A stretch of 27,240 nt of DNA from a virus (taxonomy: Duplodnaviria; Caudoviricetes). Each line of letters begins with the position of its first letter. Positions within the stretch are counted from its first letter, which is position 1. This document shows positions 1 to 7,410 of the stretch, one piece after another. The notes under the pieces were generated by a model, which saw nothing but the letters and a program-made list of their open reading frames with translations, was not told where the DNA came from and ran no database searches. The stretch lies in the IMG/VR virus record IMGVR_UViG_3300010052_000010, positions 1 to 27,240 of that record. The stretch is one strand, 5' to 3'. Both the position numbers and the translations under genes were made by a program.

Positions 1-201
1 GCCGAGCGCGACGCCAAGGCCGACCAGGTCGAGCAGGAGATCAACGAGGCATGCCGCGCAGTCGCCCGCTGCGCCGACCGTCTGTGCGCCGCGCGCTTCT
101 CCGGCGCGGCCGAGGGTGGCGCGCACCGCAAGCTGGTGCATGCCGCGATGGAACTGGGCAAGACGCTGCGCAAGCACGGGCGCATGCCGAGGGGAGAGTG
201 A
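1..201 (+). CDS. Hypothetical phage protein, 3' end only (5'-truncated by window)
   Basis: Frame 1 is open from base 1 (AERDAKADQVEQEINEACRAV...GRMPRGE) to TGA at 199-201 with typical GC-rich codon usage; it ends 2 nt before the methyltransferase ATG. Confidence 0.7.
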   Translation, partial: AERDAKADQVEQEINEACRAVARCADRLCAARFSGAAEGGAHRKLVHAAMELGKTLRKHGRMPRGE

Positions 202-203
202 CG

Positions 204-2288
204 ATGCTGCTCAACTTCGAGACGCCCCATGCGCAGGCCGATTATCCGCCACTGATCATGGACAGCTTCGCCGGCGGCGGCGGGGCTTCGACCGGCATCG
301 AGATGGCGCTGGGTCGCTCGCCCGACATCGCCATCAACCACAACCCGGTGGCGCTGGCGCTGCATGAGGCGAACCATCCCGAGACGCTTCACCTTTCGGA
401 AAACGTCTACAAGGTCGACCCGCTCGATTATGTCGCCGGCAAGCATGTCGGCCTCGCCTGGTTTTCGCCCGACTGCAAGCATTTCTCAAAGGCGAAGGGA
501 GGCAAGCCCGTCGAGCGCAACATCCGCGATCTCGCATGGATCATTCCGGGCTGGGTCGAGCGCATCCAGCAGAGCGGCGGCGCCGTCGACGTGGTCATTC
601 TCGAAAACGTCGAGGAATTCCGCGATTGGGGGCCATTGCTGGACACCGAGCGGGGCCTGATGCCGGACCCGGCCGCGCGCGGGCAAACCTTCCAGAAATG
701 GTGCAAGGCGCTGCGCAGGCTGGGCGGCAAGATCGAGTGGCGCGAGCTGCGCGCCTGCGACTATGGCGCGCCGACCATCCGCAAGCGCCTGTTCGTGATC
801 GTGCGCTTCGACGGCGAGAAAATCGTGTGGCCGGCGCCGACGCATGGAAAGCCGGATGATGCCGACGTGATCGCAGGCCGCAAGAAGCCATGGCGCACGG
901 CGGCGGAGATCATGGACTTCTCGCTGCCGTGTCCCTCCCTCTTCGACACCAAGGAAGAGATTTGGGAAAAATTCGGCCTGCGCGCCATTCGCCCGACCGC
1001 CGACGCCACGCAAAGTCGCGTGGCCCATGGTGTTGGTCGCTTCGTTCTCAGGGCCGTGCAGAGGGGCAAGCGGCCGTTCCTGGTCAACCTGACCCATGGT
1101 GTTCGCTGTGAACCGGTGGACGCGCCGTTCAACACCATCACGGGCGCGCACAGGGGCGAAAAAGCGCTGTTGAGCCCCTCTGTCGTGCGTTTCAATACGG
1201 GCGCCACCGGACACGATATGCGTGATCCTCTGGCCACGGTCACTGCCAACAGCTTCAAGAAGCGTCCCGGTGGCGCTGCGCCGCTCGGCATCGTCGCGCC
1301 GACACTGGTTCAAATGGGATACGGCGAAAGGGAAGGTCAGGCACCGCGCTCGCTTGATATTGGTGTGCCGTTAGGCACTGTGGTCGCCGGCGGAGCCAAG
1401 CATGCGGTTGTTGTTCCGACCCTTGTCGGATGCGGCGGTCGCGCGGGTCAGAGCCGGCCGCGCGGCGGCGATGAACCTGCCGCCACCGTTACAGCGAAAG
1501 CCGACGTGTGCGTTGCCGCCGCCTTCGTTGCGCAGCACAACAACGACAGCCGGAGAGATGGCGGCGTCAATCCCGGGCGCTCGGCTGACGAGCCCGTCTC
1601 GACCATCACGGCAAATCCGCAGCAGGGCGTCATCTCTGCCTTCATAGCCAGGCAGTTCGGCACATCCATCGGCCATGACATGGGAGAGCCCACACATACG
1701 GCGACGGCGGAAGTCAACAAGTCGGTGCTTGTCGCCCCGCATCTGATGACGATGCGCAATGCGCAGAAGCCATTCTCTGCAGCCGAGGAGCCGACGCACA
1801 CGATTACAGCGGGCGGCGCCGGGCTGACGCTTGTCGCGCCATTCTTCCAGAAATACTACGGCACCGGCGACGGCGCGCGCCTTGATGAGGCGACCCATAC
1901 CGTCACGGTGAAAGACCGGTTCGCCTACGTCGAAGCGGAGCTTGCGCTACCACCCTTCACGGAGGACATGGAGGGCCGCGCGCGCGAGGTTGCCGCCTTC
2001 CTTCGCGCGCATGGCGAATGGGATGATCGCGAGTTCGTGACGTTCGACATCGACGGGATCACCGTCGTGATGGTCGACATCGGCATGCGCATGCTGACGC
2101 CGCGCGAGCTGTTCCTCGCCCAGGGCTTCCCGCCGGATTACATCATCGACGTCGAATACAAGGGCAAGCCGATCGCCAAGAGCGACCAGATCGCCTGTTG
2201 CGGCAACAGCGTCGCGCCGCCGATCGCCGCCGCCCTCGTCGCCGCCAATTGTGGGCATCTGGCGCGCTACAGGGAGGCGGCCGAGTGA
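204..2288 (+). CDS. C5 DNA cytosine methyltransferase with very long repetitive variable region
   Basis: Motif I DSFAGGGG, IV SPDCKHFS, VI ENV, VIII DYGAPTIRKRLF, IX RMLTPRELFLAQGFP, X GNSV. Start placed at ATG 204 (GGGGAG RBS upstream) rather than 51. Confidence 0.95.
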   Translation: MLLNFETPHAQADYPPLIMDSFAGGGGASTGIEMALGRSPDIAINHNPVALALHEANHPETLHLSENVYKVDPLDYVAGKHVGLAWFSPDCKHFSKAKGGKPVERNIRDLAWIIPGWVERIQQSGGAVDVVILENVEEFRDWGPLLDTERGLMPDPAARGQTFQKWCKALRRLGGKIEWRELRACDYGAPTIRKRLFVIVRFDGEKIVWPAPTHGKPDDADVIAGRKKPWRTAAEIMDFSLPCPSLFDTKEEIWEKFGLRAIRPTADATQSRVAHGVGRFVLRAVQRGKRPFLVNLTHGVRCEPVDAPFNTITGAHRGEKALLSPSVVRFNTGATGHDMRDPLATVTANSFKKRPGGAAPLGIVAPTLVQMGYGEREGQAPRSLDIGVPLGTVVAGGAKHAVVVPTLVGCGGRAGQSRPRGGDEPAATVTAKADVCVAAAFVAQHNNDSRRDGGVNPGRSADEPVSTITANPQQGVISAFIARQFGTSIGHDMGEPTHTATAEVNKSVLVAPHLMTMRNAQKPFSAAEEPTHTITAGGAGLTLVAPFFQKYYGTGDGARLDEATHTVTVKDRFAYVEAELALPPFTEDMEGRAREVAAFLRAHGEWDDREFVTFDIDGITVVMVDIGMRMLTPRELFLAQGFPPDYIIDVEYKGKPIAKSDQIACCGNSVAPPIAAALVAANCGHLARYREAAE

Positions 2289-2821
2289 ACGCGCATACGC
2301 TCTCCCGTGACGCCGCCCGGCTTCGCGCCGTGCGCGAGAACCTGGCCTCGATCGCCCCAGCTCGGTGGCAGCGCGTGCATGACGAGACGGGCGCTTTCAT
2401 CGAAACGCGCGGCGCCATGGGCGAATTATTCGTGCTGGCGCGGTTCGATCCGCTCGCTGCGGTCGAGGAAATCGACTTTGCTTGCGACGCGCCCGATGTC
2501 GTGGCCTTCCTGCTGCGCCTGCTCGACGCCGCCTTCGCCGAGGTGCGGCGGCTGAAAGACGTGCCCACCGAGCCGCCGCGCAACACGGGCAAGGACTATG
2601 CCGCCGAATGCGCCATGAAATGCGCCGAGCCGGCCTTCCGGGCCTTCCTGGGCGAATGCCACGGGCTTGAGCGGCCCTGGACCGACGTGCGCGTGGCGCA
2701 GCGCGTGCGGGGCCTGCTGGGCGTCACGTCGCGCGCCGAACTCAATCATGGCGGTGATGCCGTCGAACGCTGGAAGAGCCTGCGAGACGCCTTCGCGGCA
2801 TGGCGGAGGGCAGCGCGGTGA
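2285..2821 (+). CDS. Hypothetical phage protein (178 aa)
   Basis: GTG start overlaps the methyltransferase stop (GTGA) and its stop overlaps the next GTG; coding-like codon usage. No function recognised. Confidence 0.8.
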   Translation: MNAHTLSRDAARLRAVRENLASIAPARWQRVHDETGAFIETRGAMGELFVLARFDPLAAVEEIDFACDAPDVVAFLLRLLDAAFAEVRRLKDVPTEPPRNTGKDYAAECAMKCAEPAFRAFLGECHGLERPWTDVRVAQRVRGLLGVTSRAELNHGGDAVERWKSLRDAFAAWRRAAR

Positions 2822-4041
2822 GCGAAGAAGCAACGATCAGGCGCGGCGTCAGGAATGCGCGCTACACCACTGTGCCGAACCACGTCTTCGAGGATGCGCG
2901 TCTCTCCATGGAGGCGCGCTGGTTGCTGGGCTATCTGCTGTCCAAGCCAGACAATTGGACCGTCATCCTTGGCGACATCGCCAAGCGCGGCGGATGCGGG
3001 CGTGACAAGGCGCGCCGCATCGTCAACGAGTTGGTGCAGAATGGCTATGCTGAGAAAGAGCAGGAGCGGGAAGACGGTCGTTTCGGCAAGCTGTCGCTGG
3101 TGATCTATGATGAGCCGCTTGAGCAACGCGCCTGTGCTGTCGCGGCCAATAGTGTGGCATCTTTGCCGCAGACTGAAAATCCGTCGACGGTGAATCCGTC
3201 GACGGTAAATCCAACACTAGTAAATACTGATGGTTTAGCAAAACCTGAAAGTAGTTTGGAGAGAGAGCGCGAGCGCGAGGGATCGGAAGAACAGCCAATC
3301 TCCGATGCTGGCTCCGCCGATGATCCGAAGAAGTTCGAAGCCAGGGTCAAGCGCCTTGCCGATCGCCTGGACTGGCCGAACTGGGCGAACTCGTCGACGG
3401 CGTGGACCGTTGCAAGGTTCGCTGAGTTGAGCGACGCCGAGCGGGCTGAGGCGGAGGCCAAGGCCCCGGCGTACAGGTCGCATTGCGGCAGCAAGGCGCT
3501 CTCGCTCGGAACCTACTTCCAGCAGCGGAAATGGATCGATCTTCCGTCGGCGGCTATTGCGTCGGCTGATGCGCCTCCGGTTGTGCCTGCGTCGCCCTTC
3601 GGCAAGATATGGGGCGCTATCCGGCTCTGGTGGCTGTTGCAAGCTCCCAGCCCGCTGCCAAAGGCATCGGTCTTCCTCGAACGGTTGCTGGGGGAGGATA
3701 GCCCATCGGGGCATCGCGAGCGCCTGGCGCATCAGGCACGGCATGGCTGGCCGCTGGTGAACAACATGCATCGCCACGCCGCCAACGGCGCCGGGATATC
3801 CATTCCGCGCGAACTGGCCTCGCTCGAGGCGATTGCGGCCAGCTTTGAAAAGGTGCGCGTCGGCTCGGACCTGTGGCGCGAATGGGAGGCGGCGCACGTC
3901 GCGCGCGGCTGGCCATGGCTTCCGGATCCTGGGCGGCAGGAATGGGTCTACTTCCCGGCTGGCGGGCCGGCTGGACTGGAAGCATTCGAACAGGCGGTAC
4001 GAGGGAACCATGATGCGGGCGGACGTGAAGCGGCTGAGTGA
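2818..4041 (+). CDS. Phage replication initiator, N-terminal helix-turn-helix (lambda O-like organisation)
   Basis: N-terminus RYTTVPNHVFEDARLSMEARWLLGYLLSKPDNW...GRDKARRIVNELVQNGY is typical of phage initiator wHTH domains. A low-complexity linker carries DNA repeats. GTG 2818 overlaps the previous stop. Confidence 0.8.
   Translation: MSEEATIRRGVRNARYTTVPNHVFEDARLSMEARWLLGYLLSKPDNWTVILGDIAKRGGCGRDKARRIVNELVQNGYAEKEQEREDGRFGKLSLVIYDEPLEQRACAVAANSVASLPQTENPSTVNPSTVNPTLVNTDGLAKPESSLEREREREGSEEQPISDAGSADDPKKFEARVKRLADRLDWPNWANSSTAWTVARFAELSDAERAEAEAKAPAYRSHCGSKALSLGTYFQQRKWIDLPSAAIASADAPPVVPASPFGKIWGAIRLWWLLQAPSPLPKASVFLERLLGEDSPSGHRERLAHQARHGWPLVNNMHRHAANGAGISIPRELASLEAIAASFEKVRVGSDLWREWEAAHVARGWPWLPDPGRQEWVYFPAGGPAGLEAFEQAVRGNHDAGGREAAE
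3178..3260. repeat. Putative replication origin: 15-bp-period iterons followed by AT-rich tract
   Basis: AATCCGTCGACGGTG (3178-3192), AATCCGTCGACGGTA (3193-3207), degenerate AATCCAACACTAGTA (3208-3222). Bases 3211-3260 are 18/50 G+C. Located inside the initiator gene. Confidence 0.7.
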
Positions 4042-4657
4042 GGCGGAGCGAATCGGCCCTACGGATCGCCAGTCAGCGAAGATAGATCGTGCGCTGCTGA
4101 GTCGCGCACGGGTTCGCAAGCAGCTTCAGGCGGCGACTGTGGATGGGGAACGCGCATGGTTCGCGATTCGTGTTCGGGTGAACTGCGAGAAGGCTGTGGA
4201 TAAGGCGCTGTGGAAGGAAGGCATTTCGACGTGGCTGCCGCTCGAACGCATCGAAGGATTGGTGCGTCGTGGCCGCCGTCTCCCAGCGCAGGACAGGCCT
4301 GTGATTTGGGGGCTGGTGTTCGTCCATCTCGTGATGTCGCCGGATGCGTGGCACGGGCTGATGAGCGTCAAGCATGTGATATCGATAATGGGTGATGAGC
4401 ATGGTCCGGCGCCCATTTTGAACAAGCAGTTCAATAGCTTCCGCACGATGGTTGATCTCGGGGTCTATGGTGAGAAGCCATCCGGCTGGAGTGTCGGTGT
4501 CGGCGATATTGTCAAGGTCGGTGCCGGTCCTGCCTATGGCAAGAAGGGTGTCGTCAAGGCGATTAAAGGCAAGCGCCACGATCGCATCATGCTCATGCTT
4601 TGGGGTGGCAAGAACGTCATCGACATCCCCCTTGCGCATTTGGTGAAACCGGATTAG
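4010..4657 (+). CDS. NusG-family (NGN+KOW) transcription antiterminator, probable late-gene activator
   Basis: WFAIRVRVNCEKAV...WLP...PVIWGLVFV (NGN domain) and GDIVKVGAGPAYGKKGVV (KOW). ATG 4010 follows a GAGGGA RBS. Occupies the position of lambda Q. Confidence 0.88.
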   Translation: MMRADVKRLSEAERIGPTDRQSAKIDRALLSRARVRKQLQAATVDGERAWFAIRVRVNCEKAVDKALWKEGISTWLPLERIEGLVRRGRRLPAQDRPVIWGLVFVHLVMSPDAWHGLMSVKHVISIMGDEHGPAPILNKQFNSFRTMVDLGVYGEKPSGWSVGVGDIVKVGAGPAYGKKGVVKAIKGKRHDRIMLMLWGGKNVIDIPLAHLVKPD

Positions 4658-4828
4658 CGAATCCGACCTAGGACGAACCGTCGACAGTGGAGCGCGTATT
4701 GCTCCCGAGACCGAGACACGGCCACGCCAGTGCGGCGTAGGATGGGTGCCGGACGGAACCAGGGGAAGCGAAGGGCGTGGCCCGGTATGCTTCCCCGCAA
4801 TGGATAAGATTCCCGAAAGTTTGAACGG
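4632..4828 (+). promoter_or_regulatory. Putative late promoter and structured 5' leader
   Basis: Largest non-coding gap before the late operon. Weak -35 TTGCGC (4632-4637) with TAGCGA 17 nt downstream. Hairpins at 4689-4705, 4724-4738 and 4762-4796. Confidence 0.45.
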
Positions 4829-5122
4829 ATGAGTGGCGGCGCCCAGCCTTGGCGTGCCTGGTATAAGACCGCACGCTGGCGCAGGCTGAAGGACGCCGTC
4901 CACCTGCGCGACATGTACATCTGCCGGCGCACCGGCCTCCTGTTGAGCGGCAGGCATCCGGCACCGGACAGCCCCGTCGCCAACCATAAGCGGCCGCATC
5001 GCGGCAACCCGGAATTGTTCTGGGATATCGACAACATCGAGACGGTCGCCAAGTCGGTGCACGACAGCGAGATCCAGCGCGAAGAGCAAGCCTCCCTCCA
5101 GACGCGCGGCGTCTGGGACTGA
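4829..5122 (+). CDS. HNH endonuclease, terminase-associated (HK97 gp74-like)
   Basis: WYKTARWRRLK...RDMYIC...VANHKRPHRGNPELFWDIDNIETV...HD; lies immediately upstream of terS. Confidence 0.85.
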   Translation: MSGGAQPWRAWYKTARWRRLKDAVHLRDMYICRRTGLLLSGRHPAPDSPVANHKRPHRGNPELFWDIDNIETVAKSVHDSEIQREEQASLQTRGVWD

Positions 5123-5228
5123 TCCGATCGCGACCGCGCCTCGACCGCCGAGGCGGGGGGGTGGTCGAAAGTCTGGAAGCGCTCCAGCCCTGGACCGGCG
5201 TCCCCCACATTCGCGGATTTTTTTTGTG
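5123..5228. other. Probable cos packaging region
   Basis: Gap between HNH and terS containing the inverted repeat CGCCTCG-N5-CGAGGCG (5137-5155), a G-run at 5155-5161 and a T-run before terS. This is the usual cos position in HNH/HK97-like phages; the cut site was not determined. Confidence 0.55.
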
Positions 5229-5714
5229 ATGGCCGACGAATTCGACCTGTTTGGTCATCCGGTGCGCGAAGGTTTCGGCAAGCGTGGCCGGCCACCTTTC
5301 GAGGCAACCCAGAAAGATCGCAACAAAGTCAAGCTCTTGCTGGCGCTTGGCTGGTCGGGGCAGCGCATCGCGAATGGCGTCGGCATCTCGCTGGCTACGT
5401 TGAAGCGGTATTTTAGAGCCGAGATGAAGGTGCGCGATGCCATGCGCGACCAGCTCGATGCCCGCCGCTTCGAGATCGCCATGGAGGCCGCGAACGCCGG
5501 CAACATCACGGCGCTGCGCGAACTGGGCGCGATGATCGACCGCAACGACCGCATGGCGATCGAGCAATCCATGTCGGAATCCCGCGACGATCGCGAGGTG
5601 AAGGCCGCCGCCGCCAAGGTCGGCAAGAAGGCCGTGGACGAGCAACGCGCCATCGCGGCCGACGCCGACCTGATGGCCGAACTGGAGAGCGAAGCCTCGC
5701 ATGCTCGCCACTGA
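5229..5714 (+). CDS. terS: Terminase small subunit
   Basis: GRP motif followed by an HTH (GWSGQRIANGVGISLATLKRYF); overlaps the terL start. Alternative GTG start at 5226. Confidence 0.8.
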   Translation: MADEFDLFGHPVREGFGKRGRPPFEATQKDRNKVKLLLALGWSGQRIANGVGISLATLKRYFRAEMKVRDAMRDQLDARRFEIAMEAANAGNITALRELGAMIDRNDRMAIEQSMSESRDDREVKAAAAKVGKKAVDEQRAIAADADLMAELESEASHARH

Positions 5715-7401
5715 GACGTTGCCGCGGTTCGCCTGTCCCGACTGGTGGGACCGCATCAAGGCCGGGCAGACGCCGATGGCCGACGTGCCGGTCAATCCGG
5801 AGCGGGCCGCGAAGGCGCTGGCGTTCTTCAACCGCCTTCGCCTTCCCGACGTGCCGGGCACGCCTACGCTGGCCGAGGCCTGCGGCGAGTGGTTCCGCGA
5901 CATCCTCGTCGCCTTCCTGGCGAGCGAGGATCCGGAGACCAAGGAGCGCCTGGTCTGGGAACTGCTGTGCATGGTTCCCAAGAAGAACTCGAAGACGACC
6001 TATGTCGCCGCGCTCGGCCTGACCGCGTTGTTCATGGAAGAGGCGCCCAATCGGCAGATGCTGATCGTGGCGCCCAGCCAGAACATCTCGGAGCGGTGCT
6101 TCGAACAGGCACAGGGCATGATCCGCCTCGATGCGCGCCTCGACGCCATCTTCAAGGTGCAGGATCACACCAAGTGCATCACGCGCCGCAAGACCGGCAC
6201 GCAGTTGAACGTCAAGACCTTCGACACGTCGATCGTGACGGGTGAAATCCCGGTCCTCACCATCATCGACGAGCTGCATGAGCTGGGCAAAAAGAAGGGA
6301 GCCGCCGCCGTCATGCAGCAGATACGCGGCGGCGGCATCACCATGCAGGGCGGCCAGGTCCTGATGATCACGACCCAGTCGGACGAACAGCCGGCCGGGA
6401 TATGGCGGAACGAGCTCGACAAGGCGCGCAAGATCCGGGACGGCGAGGGGGGCGCCGATCCCATCCTGTTGCCGGTCCTGTATGAATTCCCGCTCGACCT
6501 GCAGCGCGACGAAACGTTCTGGCGCGACCGGCGCAACTGGCGCTTCCTGCTGCCGAACATCAACCGCTCGATCGATCCGAAGCGCCTGATCGCCGACTAT
6601 GAGAACAACGGCCGGGCGACCAAGGAGGCGGAACAGATCTGGCTAAGCCAGCATCTCAACATCGAGATCGGCGTCGGTTTCGGCGATGAAGGCTGGCGCG
6701 GCGCCGACTATTGGGATGACCGAGCCGATTTCACGCTGACACTGGAATCCCTGATTGAACGCTCCGAGGTTGCCGTTGTCGGCGCCGACGGTGGCGGCCT
6801 CGACGATCTGTTCGGCATTTCGGTCATCGGCCGGGAGAAAGTGACCCGTCGCTGGCTGGTCTGGTGCCATGCCTTCGCGCATCCGAAAGTGCTCGAGGTG
6901 CGCAAGGAGATCGCCTCCCGCCTGCTCGATTTCGAGGCCGAGGGATCGCTCACCATCTGCGAGGTCTCGGCGTACATCGAGAAGATCGCGGACATTGCCG
7001 CGCGGCTGCGCGACGCCGGCCTGCTGCCGGAAAAGAATGCCGTCGGCTTCGACCCGAACAACATCGCCGCTTTCGTCGATGCGCTCGCCCTGAAGAGGAT
7101 CGATGGCCTAATGCTGCATCGCCTTCGCCAGGGTCCGGCGCTGTCGCCGGCGCTCTGGGGGCTGGAACACAAGCTGAGCGACAACACCATCAGCCACGAC
7201 GGATCCTCGCTGATGGCCTGGTCGGTCAGCAACGTGAAGATCGAGGTCAAGGGCAACGGCAACATGGCGACCAAGCAGGCAGCCGGCCGAGCCAAGATCG
7301 ATCCTTTCATCGCCATGCTTTGCGCGGCCATCCTGATGAGCTGGAACCCTGAAGCCAAAGGCCCATCGGTCTACCGCGAGCGCGGCATCCTCTCCGTCTA
7401 G
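5701..7401 (+). CDS. terL: Terminase large subunit
   Basis: Walker A VPKKNSKTT, Walker B LTIIDELH, coupling motif ITTQS, nuclease GADGGGLDDL and C-terminal KIDPFIA. Confidence 0.96.
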   Translation: MLATETLPRFACPDWWDRIKAGQTPMADVPVNPERAAKALAFFNRLRLPDVPGTPTLAEACGEWFRDILVAFLASEDPETKERLVWELLCMVPKKNSKTTYVAALGLTALFMEEAPNRQMLIVAPSQNISERCFEQAQGMIRLDARLDAIFKVQDHTKCITRRKTGTQLNVKTFDTSIVTGEIPVLTIIDELHELGKKKGAAAVMQQIRGGGITMQGGQVLMITTQSDEQPAGIWRNELDKARKIRDGEGGADPILLPVLYEFPLDLQRDETFWRDRRNWRFLLPNINRSIDPKRLIADYENNGRATKEAEQIWLSQHLNIEIGVGFGDEGWRGADYWDDRADFTLTLESLIERSEVAVVGADGGGLDDLFGISVIGREKVTRRWLVWCHAFAHPKVLEVRKEIASRLLDFEAEGSLTICEVSAYIEKIADIAARLRDAGLLPEKNAVGFDPNNIAAFVDALALKRIDGLMLHRLRQGPALSPALWGLEHKLSDNTISHDGSSLMAWSVSNVKIEVKGNGNMATKQAAGRAKIDPFIAMLCAAILMSWNPEAKGPSVYRERGILSV

Positions 7402-7410
7402 GAAAATCGA

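Noticed and set aside
51-203. N-terminal 51-aa extension of the methyltransferase in the ORF track
   Set aside because: It overlaps a better frame-1 gene ending at 201, is Arg-rich nonsense, and ATG 204 has an RBS.
3178-3237. Repeats considered as a CRISPR array
   Set aside because: Units are adjacent with no spacers, only 15 bp long, and no cas genes are present.
4678-4689. CCGTCGACAGTG, an 11/12 match to the origin iteron, near the late promoter
   Set aside because: GTCGAC-containing words are very common in this sequence, so a single near match is plausible by chance.
204-5122. Methyltransferase plus HNH as a restriction-modification pair
   Set aside because: The HNH is small, distant and adjacent to terS, which fits a packaging cofactor.
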